This document shows, piece after piece, positions 50,241 through 62,628 of a stretch of DNA of 64,000 bases. The DNA lies in the NCBI GenBank assembly GCA_051294375.1, contig CM119269.1, positions 4,295,401 to 4,359,400 on the forward strand, given 5' to 3'. The stretch comes from Paraspadella gotoi (lineage: Eukaryota > Animalia > Chaetognatha). The position numbers were made by a program, and so were the translations under genes. Under the pieces are notes generated by a model, which saw only the letters and a program-made list of their open reading frames with translations, did no database searches and was not told the DNA's origin. Every line of letters begins with the position of its first letter. The first letter of the stretch is position 1.

Positions 50241-51280
50241 AGATAACAAAGCACTTCAATTGTATAATCAATAATGATTATTATGATTTGATAAAGCCAG
50301 CAACCTCAATCTTGGTTTTTAGTTTAAAAAATTTCGACTTTTGTTTTCCCAATAGTCGCTACCAATAGATGTCTACACCTAATCTTTTGCACATCCTCTG
50401 AAAGCTCTATTTGCGATAAAAGAACATCGTTTAAAATTATTTATATTATTTGAAATTAAAGATAATAATTTACAGTACTTAGTGCCAGATTTGTAACTAT
50501 ATAGGATATAAAAGAAGTTCTTCAGTAAACATAATTTTTTTCACGACTCATATTAAAACTATTATATAAAGTAAATAAGCGCAAACATTTTTAAGTTACC
50601 TTAGTGAGCCCTTGAGTAAAATCAGTTTTTGAAAAAAAAAACATCTAAAGGGTAAAACATAAAGTAACGTTATCGTAATAAATTACACGTTATACGCCTC
50701 ACCTCGCTCGCTCGCGGGGAAAAGATTAATCGTTGAATATCTCTCTCTTTCGCTCTCTCTGTCTCACCCTCTCTCCATTTTCTACGTCTATAAAGCAGCT
50801 GCCTTAAGGCTGCATTGGCGAGGCTCTGCAGCGGCCCCCTGCTGAAAATGACGCGGGTCTTTACTTTTTATCAGTGCAGTAGCTTCAGTTAAGCAGCCTG
50901 TTGTTGCAGAAGCTGCGCTGAATAACGATATATATTCCTCTTTCACAGAGACTCGGAGAAAGATAGGGAGAGAGAGAATGAGAGAGAAAGGGAGGGAATA
51001 AGAGAGAGAAAATGATAGTTCTTTCTTTGCTTTTTTAAAAAAATTCTATATCACTGACGAGACGCCGGCCATTCTTCAAGACGAAACTGACCGGCCGGCT
51101 GGAGAGGGGCCGGCTCCGACTTTGCTTGAGGGAAGGGCCGGCCGGCGGTCGGCCGGCGGAGGAGCCCAGGAAATGAGAAGAATCTTGTACGAGGTGCTAG
51201 AGGGAAAACGGAGGCGGAGTCGGGAGGTAGGAGGTAGGAGAGGGGTTGAAAGAGGTGGGCGACTGAAAACGCCGAGAGGC

Positions 51281-51346
51281 GGTTTTGAATGGAGGGAGGT
51301 GGTTTTGAATGGAGGGAGGTGGTTTTGAATTGAGGGAGGTGGTTTA
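51281..51346. repeat. 20-bp tandem repeat x3
   Basis: GGTTTTGAATGGAGGGAGGT repeated. Confidence 0.9.
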
Positions 51347-53832
51347 TGAGCATCAAAATGAAAAGAGACCACAAGGCATAGAGGGAGAAAGAGAGACTTT
51401 GCAATGGAGGAAAATTTGACAAGAAGAGATCCTCGTATTTGGGAAAAGAAAAGAAAAGAAAAAAATACATCGGGGGGGGGGGAGGAAATGTAACGAGAAA
51501 AACGACGAGAAGAACTGGGAAAAAGAAAATATAAAATAAAATGTAAAAAAGAAAAGGGAAAATGAAAAGGATATAAGGAAAATATGAAGGAAAAAAAGGA
51601 AAATAGAAATTAGAATCGAAGAGCAAATTAATAACAAGGAAAAGTTAAAAATAGAACGATAAACTAAAAAAAACAAAAAACAAAATCAAAACGGAAAACA
51701 GAAAGAAAAAATATAAGGAGTGCATTTATGGAATTCTGATATCGGAATGTAATTGGTGAGATATGAGTTCAAAGTCACGCTTCGTTTACACTCGAATTTG
51801 CTCATGGAGTATTTAAGGCTTATTTGGCTTTCTCGTTAGCTATGGTGTCCTTCAAGAGTACGTAAAAATATCTAGTATCTATAGAGACTTATTCAAACGT
51901 TGTAATTTTTGGCTCGGGTTTTTCAGCATCTACATAGATTATGCATAAGTTGAATAATTATCATGATTATTATTTTCATTATCTTTATCATTATCATTAT
52001 CGTAATAATGATACGATTTTTAAGCGAGATTTCGGGGAAAACCAAAAGAAATGTCTTTTTTTTATTTCACAGGTAGACCAGCGAACGGCGACCTAATTTA
52101 AAAACAAGATTTATACTTTTTTCATGTAAATCGGGGAAACTTTTTCCCTCGACATCTCAATTCCAAAGTTCGTCGTAACTCCACCTGCGAAATTCACCTA
52201 GAATTATTTCCGACGAATTCGAAACCCTAAACTTTTATCTCGAGGTTCGAGAACTGGGTTCGAAACCCTCGAGTCGAAACCTCCCGAGTTAATTCTGACC
52301 CGGGGTCATTTTCGGGGTTGAGGAGCTGAGGAGCTGAGGAGCTGAGACGGCGGTGGAGCGAAGATAAGTGCGAGACAGGAAGGAAAACTCGAAGCCGATA
52401 TACGGACTGTAATTGTTGTTGTTGTTGTTGTCGTCGTCGTCGTCGTCGTTCTTCTATTGGTATGGTTTCTGGGAAATTCATTGGAAAGTCAGGATATATT
52501 TGTTTAAAAAATACTCCGAATTTCATTTTTGGATCATGATATTTTAATGACGATTGATTTGAGACGTCTGCTTTTGTACGTCTGCTTATGTTAATTTATT
52601 ATTAATACCGTTTTGAATTGTAAAACTAAAACATTCAATATATGAAATATTTTTTTATGCATGGCATATTTAACGAATAAAACTTTTTCTTTAGTAATTA
52701 AGATTTCGCCTTCATTGAAATCGTCGTTTTTAAATCGATAAATAAATAAAAAAAAAGGCCCAGAATTTTTTCGACGATGACGGTTGACGTCTTAACAAAG
52801 ATTGTCGCAAGGACCAAAGTTGTCAGTAATATTCTGACAAAACCGCGACAAAGTCTGAAAACAATCGATGAAGACGACGACGACGACGACGACGACGAAA
52901 AAGACGACGACCAATGACAGCGTTTGGGGAGAAAATTATTTTCTTTTCTTCCATTTTTTTTCTTTCCTTTTTGCCCGAAACCTATTTTTCAGCCAGAAAT
53001 CGAAAAAACTCTTCTTCTACCTCTCTTTTCTTTCCTCTTTTTTCGTTCTCTCTTTTCCTTCCTCTCTTTCTATCTCATTCTATCTTTCTATCTTGCTTTT
53101 TGTTCTCCGTTCCCCCACTTTTACAGTCACTTTTTCTCATTTTGGCAACTTTGGCGCCCAAGTTTTTTGACATCTTTCGTATTTCTATCCACTAGAATAA
53201 GAGCTGTCTTTTCTTTTTTTTTTCTCTTTGTTTTGCTCTCAGTTTCTTCATCTTCCTCCTCCTCCTCCTCCTCCTCCTCCTCACTCCTCCCTAATCTTCC
53301 ATTATTTGCCCCCATTCCGCCCTAGCGATCTTCAATAGTCCTCTGCTTCTTATGAACTTCCCATCAACTGAATTTCTTTGTTTCCTTTTTTGAATAGAAT
53401 CAACTTTTGCATTTCGTCTTTAAAACATAAAAGACCCACGATTCCATAGATAATTGAGATTATCTTCCATCGCCTTAAATTCATTAGTTTTGTTACATTG
53501 CCTTGCTGAGTCATTTTTTATTTTTTGATTGAGTTTTTGATTTAAAATATGCAGTTTAAATATAAGAAGAAATATGTTGAATCCTAAAAGTTAGGACACA
53601 TTTTCAGTTCTCACTTAAAAACACTTTTTGCTTTATACTTCTTTTCGACAATTTTTTTTTTACTTAACAGATCCTTAACTTTTATTTAAATTAATCTTAT
53701 TTTTTATCCATTTTTCCTTTCCTTTCCTTTCCTTTTTTCCCGTTTATTTTCTTTCATTTCCTCTTCTTTCCTTTCCTTTTAATTCCCTTTCCTTTTCTTT
53801 CTCTTTTCCTTCCCTTTTCCCCAACCCCCCAG

Positions 53833-54006
53833 ACGTATTTCATCTTCCGCTTTCCGCGCCACCAACGTCGACCGCGTCATTTCCGGTTTTCGCTTCCGGC
53901 GTTCAATCTTGACGCCGGCGTCACGTCGCCGCTTCGCCGGCGCCGTTACGAGTCCAGGAAGGCGCCGATGAAACCGCGCTTTATGACCCCGCGCACCACC
54001 TTTCAG
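53833..54006 (+). CDS. Possible internal exon (candidate GPCR third intracellular loop)
   Basis: GC island after a long pyrimidine tract ending CCCAG. One frame is open (VFHLPLSAHQRRPRHFRFSLPAFNLDAGVTSPLRRRRYESRK). No strong donor. Confidence 0.3.
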
Positions 54007-54143
54007 TGTTTACGCCGACGACGACGACGACGACGATGATGCGAACGACAAAAGAAATGGTGAAAAAATGGGAAGACCGAGAGGGAGAGAGAGAGAAAGT
54101 AAAAAGAAAACAAAAGACTAAGATAGAAGAGAAAGAAAGAAAA

Positions 54144-54241
<98 letters not shown>

Positions 54242-54730
54242 ACGAAAGAAAAAAAGTCAGAGCGGGCGAGAGCAAGGGTTTGAAATTTATTGCGCTATAT
54301 GGCTGCAACTTGTTTGCGCAACCAGAAACTGTTATGTGCCCTTGAATGCATTCGCTAACTCTTTTCTGCATTTTACTGTCATGTGCAATGCCCATTCGGC
54401 ATTCAACCTTAAAAAATAACGTTGAACACTTAATATATTTTTATGAAGACGGAGATATTACGCGGGCCATATCCTCGCAGTTTAAACTGTTACGAGAGAT
54501 AATCCATCATTTCATTTATGAAATTGGTACAAATTTCGTCGAACCTCGCAATTGTTGAAGCGAATCTTCTCTGCGCCAACCCGGGGTCCCAAGTCCCAAC
54601 CAGCGGCACAAACCTTCTGCGCTTCCCTTATATGACCAGCGGTTGGTTCCGTTGCAGATTCGATGGGTGACATTCCGAACGCAGTCATTGACTTTCTGAG
54701 GTCGTTCAAATATAATTTTTTTTATTAATT

Positions 54731-54877
54731 AAAATTTTCGTGGAACAACAATAAGGTTTTTTATTAACTTTGGACATGTTTCGGCTTACAACTCAAGCCT
54801 TCATCAGCATTTTGAGTTGTAAGCCGAAACATGTCCAAAGTTAATAAAAAACTTTATTGTTGTTCCACGAAAATTTT
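54731..54877. mobile_element. Penelope-like element remnant forming a 66-bp hairpin
   Basis: Arms 54731-54796 and 54812-54877 are reverse complements with 1 mismatch, around a 15-nt loop. The hairpin contains a hammerhead core. Confidence 0.7.
54769..54812 (-). ncRNA. Minimal type I hammerhead ribozyme motif
   Basis: Minus strand reads TG-CTGATGA-AGGCTTGAGTTGTAAGCC-GAAAC-AT-GTC-CA. This gives the CUGAUGA and GAAA core, stem II GGCTT/AAGCC, palindromic ACATGT stem III and a GUC cleavage triplet. Stem I is only 2 bp. Confidence 0.7.
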
Positions 54878-56791
54878 CCTTTTTAATTAATCTCAACAAA
54901 CAACAAAAGAAAGGATTAATACAATTTTTTTTTATAAATAATACCAGCAAGCATAGTCAAAAATATATTTAGCTAAACGATTTTCTTCGATATCCGCCAA
55001 AGAGGACTCTCGTGGGACGAGGGAAGGATTTTGTCCTAAGCTGTGAGGCGCCCAGACTTAATGCAACGAGGATGAGAGAAAGTTGTGGTTTTTTTCCTTT
55101 TTTTTAGCGGGAAATAAATCCTTTCTTATTTTTAGCTTTTGTTTTGAAAAAAAAAAAATCAGTTGACATTGAATTTTAATCAAAAGTTCCTAAGAGTCTT
55201 TTTTACCTTTCATCCTATAAGATCTTTGTCGATAAGCGACCGTGAAGGTTTAAAAACATTTAAAAATATTTCCGTAAATAATTACAATAGAACCAATGAG
55301 TGATATTCAATCAAAAATATCTAAAACCTCAATACGACTTGACAGAGAGTAGAGAGGGTCGCCATGCCTCTCTGTTAGTATGGATAGGCCAACACTTGGT
55401 GTGCTCAGAGATTTTACCATCAAAACTTCGAATCCGGCGGTAGGCCTGCTACCGGTTGTTGCACCGGCCTGTCGCTTCTTTTTCAAGAACTTACCGAACA
55501 AGGGTTAGAAACGGGGACCATTCGCTTCGGAGAAGAAGCGTTAGGCCAATGCGATATTACGGCGTTGATGAGCGGAATAGTCATATCCAACGGTTAATGA
55601 TATTACATCACTACAAATATCCAATATCTCCGAAGAATGAAGAACGGCTTGGCGACAATCCAAGTCGAAGACGTCGAATTCGATTAACCCAATTCGCTAC
55701 GTATTCTTTTTTGCGCGAGAGAAACATCTGCTTCTTCCTAAGACTTTCTTGATTCCAGCTGCAATCGAAATATCTTTCCTTGACAATTTTTTTTTGTTTC
55801 TCTCTTTCCGATCTCAGATTCTCTTATGTATTAAATATAAGTACCATGATTGAGTTGTATTGTTGTGGCGGTTAATAAATATTTTTAAAAAACCAAAGAT
55901 CTTACAAGAGCTTCTCTTTTGATTACGTCCTTTAGTGATGCTCTTTGTTACGGTAAATGCGACCTTAAAAATTCTCCAATTCTACACAGTTTTTTTCTTA
56001 AAAAGATTTTACGCGGTTTGTGATTAATCTAACTCGATGTCTCGGGTCGCGTGGGCGAATTGAAGCTGCGCTTCTTACCTCTCAATCGTCAACTCCTCGG
56101 TGTTACACATCACTGCGTCTCCCAACGTAAATGTAATAAATTGTATAATGGACTTGCTCGACTTTTTAGGTAAATAAAGTTTAATATTCGGGGCTCCCTT
56201 TCGACGCCCTCGTCACTGGGAAGATAAAATTGTTTTTTTACTTTCAAATTTTAATATTAGCTGATAAGGTCGAAATTATAACAAAGCGAAACACTTCATT
56301 TACAAGTAGACAAGGAGTCTTAGTGAATAATTTTTTAGAGAGAGAAAAAAAAACAACTAAAATTGGGACGACGACGACGACGACGACGACGACGACTCTG
56401 GCTTCACACTTGTTGGATCGAAAAGTAAATTAGTGAGGAGCTCCATCCAGTAAAATTATTCAGATTTGCACCAATAATTGCCGATTAGTAGGTCTAACTT
56501 TAATTGTGGTGCAATCAATCAAGTCAATCGTTATCGGCATTATTCTCATTGTCGTCATTGCTTTTGTCGTAGTTAGTGACGAAAAGACCAAAAACAAATA
56601 TTTGGGATAAGATTAATTAATTAATTAATTAATTAACTAGAATTATATAATTATTAATTAAGTAATTATCGATAATGATCGTGGGCAGATCCGACATTGT
56701 TTGCTCAAACTTGTTCCATCCATAATCGATCTTTCTTCCGTTTCTCATCAACTGTTTCTTTCCTTGTAATGGTACTTTTTTCCTATTAGGT

Positions 56792-56891
<100 letters not shown>

Positions 56892-57408
56892 ACCCTTTTC
56901 TTTAACTCTTCGGTCCGTTTTCTCTCCCTTGCTCCGCTCGTCGTTCACCTCTTCATTTCCCTATCGATCTTTATTTTCTTCCAAAATTCTCTCTCTCTCT
57001 TTTTACTCCATTTTTGTCAATTTTCTGCTTCCCTCATATATATTAAGCAAGCCTGGTCATCCGTACAAAATTTATTTTATGCTTGAACTCTATTTGTCAT
57101 TCCCTTCGCGACTTTAACATCTTAAAAATTCTTCGGTCAGGATCGGAATCAACAACAACAACAACAACAACAACAACAACTACAACAACAACAACAACAA
57201 CAGGAACAATATACATTACAACCAGAAACATTACATGTATGCAAATCTTATACATGTCTTATTTAGCTATTTTAGAATTAAATGTCAGTTGGACGATCAG
57301 TCTGTCTCTGACAGTTGGTCTGTCAGTTGGTTGGTTGGTCAGCCTGTCACTGTTGGATGGTCTGTCAGTCGGTCTCTCAATTTCCCGCCCCCCCACTCCC
57401 CCCCCCAG

Positions 57409-57601
57409 ATCCCCCGCTCGACCGCGCCCGACGCGCCGGAGCCGAGTCCGGCCCCTGTCGCTCGTCCCAGTCGGCGTCGCGACGCCGGACGCGGAACCGG
57501 CGCGTGGTTGTGATGCTGCTGACGGTCCTCACCGCCTTCGTAGTACTCACCGTCCCCAACGCGGTCGTTCACGTCTACTTCCTTTCGGGCGCCGGAGGAA
57601 G
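57409..57601 (+). CDS. Class A GPCR exon: end of ICL3 and TM6 (FMRFamide/sex-peptide-receptor-like)
   Basis: CCCCCAG acceptor and AAG|GTGAGG donor. Encodes RTRNRRVVVMLLTVLTAFVVLTVPNAVVHVYF. Confidence 0.85.
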
Positions 57602-57964
57602 GTGAGGACGACGACGACGACGACGAAGACGACGACGATGACAACGACGACGACGACGACGAACATTTTTAAATAAAAAAAAAATTATTTTTCAATTTTC
57701 GCATACGCCCATATTTATACAAAATTGTAAAATGGTTTTTTCTCATTTTTAAAAGCAGATTCGAATTATCAAAAGTTCAAAACTATTATTATTAACCTAT
57801 AATTAGATTTTAGTATAAAAAAATATTGTTTTTTAACTTTTTGGCTAACTTAATGAAATAATTTTTGATTAAGACTTATATTTTTGGTTTGGTCGTTGTT
57901 TTCTTCTAACAAATTTTTATGAGGAATTCGAATCTGCTTTCAAAACTAAGAAACATTTTAAAAT

Positions 57965-58192
57965 TAAAGACATGTGGATAAGGCGCTAAGTGGGCTGAAG
58001 ATGACTTCTATAACCCCCATTAGTAGCCATGGAACGGGTCCTAGGCTTGGAACCAGTCTTGAGGGGTTGCTACGCCCCCAAGGCTGCTTACGGCCGTTCT
58101 CACGCTTCCCGCAGGGCAGGTACCAGGTTTGGGATTGAACCCGGTACCTAGTGGTCATGAGCTGCTGGCTTTACTCAATGAGCCACCGGGTC
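57965..58192 (-). mobile_element. tRNA-derived SINE in a GPCR intron (antisense)
   Basis: Minus strand GACCCGGTGGCTCATTGAGTAAAGC (A-box-like), CTCATGA loop and GGTTCAATCCC (B box), followed by about 150 bp of non-tRNA body. Confidence 0.6.
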
Positions 58193-59517
58193 AGGACTGA
58201 AGCTGTCATGCTTATAGGCGGGGTGAACCTAGGCAATGCCCGACTACAGACAATGATACGAATTTCAACAAAACAAAACAAAACAAAACAAAATGGCGAC
58301 AAGAGACGATGTTTAAATGACGAATACGAAAAAAAAACAAAACAAAACGAGGAAACTGACGAAAAAGTCGACGACGAATTTGATCACCTGGACGACGATC
58401 ATAACTTCGTCCATTTCCCACCGAGAAAATAAATTAGTTCCCATGAAAATGCATCCAGTTAGTTTTTTGGCGTCATTGCAGACTGCAGAATGTCCTCAGA
58501 ATCGCCACTATGCGAGGCGGATGAAAGATGATGGACCAAATACGTCGGTGATGGAAAAAAAAAGATTATGAAAGAATAAATAGTTTATGAACGTGAATTT
58601 AACATTTTTACAAAATCATGCATGAAATGGGAAATAGTACAGGGACGCATCGCCTAGCTTAAAAAAAGTATAGTTCAATATTTATTATTCAAAATACTTT
58701 TTTTTTTCTAAAAAAAGATTAAAAACAGAACGAAAGACAAAATATTATCCGTTTAAATATGACTGAGAAAAACCAAAATCGTTTCCGAAGAGAAAAAAAG
58801 AAAGAAAAAAAAACATCGCTGGCTGTCGGAAAAAGTCGGAACTCCGTCGTGTTTACGAGGTTTTACGACTTTATTTGTTCCACCCGGAACTCGGAGCAGA
58901 ATGATTAAATAGTCTGGATATTGCGGACTCTCGTAAAAGCCTGGGCATAGAAGGTTTTCGAGTGTTTTCGCATGGACGCTTATTAAATATATATACTGTG
59001 GAAGCGTAATGTTTGGGAGGTTTAAATATTTACTTCGTTTCAAGTACGATAATTTGTTAAGATTGAATACTTTAACTGATGAGCTCAAATATAAACAGAA
59101 AAAAATCGTTTTAAATTAAATGGTAAAGCTTAGAAATGGGGCGTTTGATCTCAGAGTCAATCGCCCGGCGCGGAATTTTTGTCTCGTGACGACGACGACG
59201 ACGACGACGACGAAAGCGACGATGGAAATATAATAAAATCCTTGCAAAAAGCCTCAGGAAGAATGCAAGTTATTCCACCGTCATCTCCCCATTTAAAAAT
59301 TGTTCGACATAAAATTGGCCAACAATGGCGAAAGGCCGACTGGCGAAATTTACGCCAACGCCAATATCATCGACGACGCCAACGATGACGAATAACCAGA
59401 CGATTTCATTCCGAGGAGACGACGTCTGAACCATGACGAACGATGAATTCGCTCTGAATAATCAACGAATTTCCTTTATTTTCTTTTCCTTTACTTTTTC
59501 CTTTTTTTTTTTTTAAG

Positions 59518-59539
59518 GCCGTCGGGAACGCTTCTAAAG
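59518..59539 (+). CDS. 22-nt microexon of the GPCR (ECL3: R-PSGTLLK)
   Basis: Long T tract + AAG acceptor and AAG|GTGAGA donor. It converts phase 2 (57601) to phase 0 (59929), exactly as the reading frame requires. Confidence 0.8.
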
Positions 59540-59776
59540 GTGAGAAATAATTCGGCGAAAACAAAATCCATCATTCGATTTAGCGAAATGGATGGCAACT
59601 CGGAGGCCCGGTTTTCCCAGAACGCCCCGTTTCATCTAAAATTCCTTGCCTATTTATGAATTGAACAACATTTAATTTAATTCCCTCGATAATCGGATAA
59701 TTATTTTAATTTTTTTTATTTTCTATATATTTCATATTGCCTTCTTCTTCCCTTTTCTTTTTTTTTATATTTTTTT

Positions 59777-59932
59777 ATTTTCTCCTCTCCTTCCTCAGGT
59801 CCAACTCTTTGCCTTCTATTTGTCTTCATTTTCGTCCTTTTATTTTCTCCTCTCCTTCCTCAGGTCCAACTCTTTGCCTTCTATTTGTCTTCATTTTCTT
59901 CCTTTTATTTTCTCCTCTCCTTCCCAAGGTCC
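59777..59932. repeat. 65-bp tandem duplication spanning the TM7 splice acceptor
   Basis: TTCTCCTCTCCTTCC(T/C)(C/A)AG|GTCC recurs with exon starts at 59799, 59864 and 59929. Confidence 0.9.
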
Positions 59933-60033
59933 GCCTCTGCACCTTCTTCATCTCCAAACTCAACTACTGCGTCAACTTCTTCCTCTACATTCTTTCTTCC
60001 TCCGATTTCAGGAAGGAGTTTCTCTTGTTCATC
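59929..60033 (+). CDS. Class A GPCR exon: TM7 and helix 8
   Basis: VRLCTFFISKLNYCVNFFLYILSSSDFRKEFLLFI has the NFxxY variant of NPxxY plus FR..F. Donor GTAAGT. Confidence 0.9.
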
Positions 60034-60079
60034 GTAAGTGCTTCTCGCTGTAAACTTTGTGTTCGCTTTATCGCCATTG

Positions 60080-60332
60080 GATGGACGTCGATATTCGGAA
60101 AGCGCTCTATTTCTGTTTCTAATCCCTGAACCTAATTTTAACCCAAATATTTACCTCTAATCTCTTACCAAGTACCTTTAATCAAATCACTGACCTTAAT
60201 AGTCAACCCTAACCTGATCCATAACCCTAAACAGTAATTCCTAACCTTAATTATTAACTAAATCTTCTATATAAACTCTTACCATAATCCCTAATTATTT
60301 ATCGCTCGGATAATTAAAATCCGATTCTCCTT
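60080..60332 (+). mobile_element. Second HINE-like element with a degenerate CCCTAA core
   Basis: Shares AAAGCGCyyyATTTCT with 24148. Has a hexamer-periodic core and a 3' stem-loop TCGGAT-AATTAAA-ATCCGA. Confidence 0.4.
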
Positions 60333-60498
60333 TTAACAAGAAAATATTCTTTTAATTTATTTGTTGGTGAAAAGAGGGCCTAGGGACAGAAAAATAATAC
60401 TTTCTGGTCACCTCATCAAAGAAATAAACAATGAGGCTAAAAATAACTCGCTTCTCTCGTTCTGAGATAAAGATTACGACAGGAAGAGAGAGAGAGAT

Positions 60499-60569
<71 letters not shown>

Positions 60570-60827
60570 TTGAGAGCGTATGAGCGAAATTATGTGGTTC
60601 CAAAAAAAGATGTTTTGGACATCAATCATTCTTCGGTCACGGCCATTTAGCCTTCTAAATGTTCATTTGTTAGTTGGAAAAAATAAAGAGGTCGCCCCGA
60701 CCCCGCCAACGGGGCTTATTTTGCAGCATGTTTGGCTTTTAATAAAATTAGAAAAAAAAATATTGAAGAAAGAATTTTTTTAAAAATTTGTTCATCGTTC
60801 ATCGTTTATTTATCGTTCACTCGTCAG

Positions 60828-60938
60828 CGAAATTCATGCGTCTGCTCTCCTCCAACAAATTTCGGTTTAAAGAAAAAGCGAAGAAGAGAGAACGGGAGCG
60901 TCGGGGATCGAACTCAGGACCTCCTGCTCACCGAACAG
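60828..60938 (+). CDS. Probable GPCR C-tail exon (frame ambiguous)
   Basis: CGTCAG acceptor and weak CAG|GTCGCG donor; 111 nt. Open as RNSCVCSPP... or as AKFMRLLSSNKFRF... Confidence 0.45.
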
Positions 60939-61978
60939 GTCGCGATTGCTCGGGGACTGAAGTATATGTTTTTTAAAGGGGCAAGCAGAAAAGTGATTGT
61001 TGGGCGTCAGAGAGGGAAGGGAAAAGTTAGAAAAAGAAAGAGGAATCAAAAAAAAAAAAAAAAAAAAAATTAAAATGTGTTGCGCCGCACTGCGGCCCGC
61101 AGTGACTTTATTTTCACGTGACATGATATGACTAAAAAACCTTTTTTGCTCATGTATTTATGACAAAATTCCGTCTTTTATTCTTTATAGTTTTAGGAAT
61201 TGTTGAAGGCGGCGCTAGCTGTCCATTAGATTTGAGGTTTTTTTCTGTCTTAACAAATGAGCAACCAACTATAAGCAAAATATATGCATTTTTAACGTAA
61301 GTGGGACAGACCGACGGATAGACATACCGACCGACCGACGGACCCGATCTAAAAGTGACTTAAAGAGTTGCTCCGCGAGTACTCGCGGCTCAACTCAAAA
61401 TGGGAACCAGGAAACGGAAAACGGGAACAAAATAAATCTAGGGATGAGAAATTCAATTTACCTGGCGAAGAGAAAATGGGTAAAGGTAAGGTAAGGTAAG
61501 TTATGAAAACGACATACAATAAACATTAAACATAAGACAAAGCCTCATCACAGAGTCAGAGAGGATTTTTAATAGATTTTCTTTACAAAAAACTTTCTGG
61601 CAGAACTCAAAAGGCGACAACGAAACAAACGCTCAGTCGAAGAAAAAAAAAGGTAATTTTCATTATTTTGTTGTTTTTTTTTTTATAAAAAATACAACGG
61701 AAAACTCTCTTTTAATGGTTTTCCAAAACCAATTAAAAGCCAAAACAAAACGAAGAATGAAACAGTCGCAATAACAAAAAAAAAACCACCTTTAAATTCA
61801 ACATAACGACGTCAGAAAAAAAGTAGGGGACTCCCGGGTAACAGACCTGCAAGGACTGTTTTAAACGAATTCTAAAAACTTGCCAATGGACTCAGACATA
61901 CTCACAAAAAAGCAGACCAAACAGACAGACCGAAAATAACAAAAACAGCCGATATCCGCCTTTCCATATTTTCCACAG

Positions 61979-62266
61979 AGAAGAAGAATTCGGCGCAAGA
62001 ATCGACGCGCAGCTGCCATCTTGCCGACGCTGCGGTCGACGCTGCTCCCGCAGCAGCCGCTGCGGGGGACCCTATTCCAGTCGCTGCCGACATCACCGCT
62101 CCCCCTGGATGTCCATCTTGCGGGGAAGGCGGGGTCAAAATTGACGTCGTAGGCGACAACAAGCCGCAGACGACGGAGAGTAAAGAATCGGAAGAGGCGG
62201 AAGTTGGAGGCAAGGACGAGGTGGGTGAGGAGTCCGGGCTGACATATCGACATCTCATCTCAGAAG
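61979..62266 (+). CDS. Probable GPCR C-tail exon
   Basis: TTTTCCACAG acceptor and AAG|GTAAGT donor. GC-rich, 288 nt, open in phase 1 (EKKNSAQESTRSCHL...YRHLISE). Confidence 0.65.
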
Positions 62267-62539
62267 GTAAGTGCGAATCGACGAGTCTTTGGAAACGTGA
62301 GATTTTTTTGACGTTTTCGTCGTCGTCGTCGTCTTTTTGAGAAAAAAAGTTTGCTAATGAAAACAACAGTCGTTGCTTCTAATGCTATCGCAATTAAATT
62401 TCCGTGGATTTTGACCACTTTGTTTTTAAAGGATATTGATTTTTGTTAATTTTTCGCGCTATGATTTCTGCAATCATTGTCGTTATTGTTGTAAACGTTG
62501 GTATTACAAACAACGCGTCTTCTATTCTTTTCCAAATAG

Positions 62540-62628
62540 GATTCACGTTTGAAGGAGAGAAGGAAGAAGAAAAATTTGCTCTGGAACTCGAAATGGAAAC
62601 AAAAATAACCATCGATGTTACTATATAA
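62540..62628 (+). CDS. Probable terminal exon (GFTFEGEKEEEKFALELEMETKITIDVTI*)
   Basis: TTTTCCAAATAG acceptor, phase 1 matching the 62266 donor, TAA stop, and AATAAA at about 62674. Confidence 0.6.

Noticed and set aside
60893-60958. tRNA-like 3' half on the minus strand (GAGTTCGATCCC)
   Set aside because: It has no acceptor stem or D arm, and is better explained as the antisense of a + strand exon.
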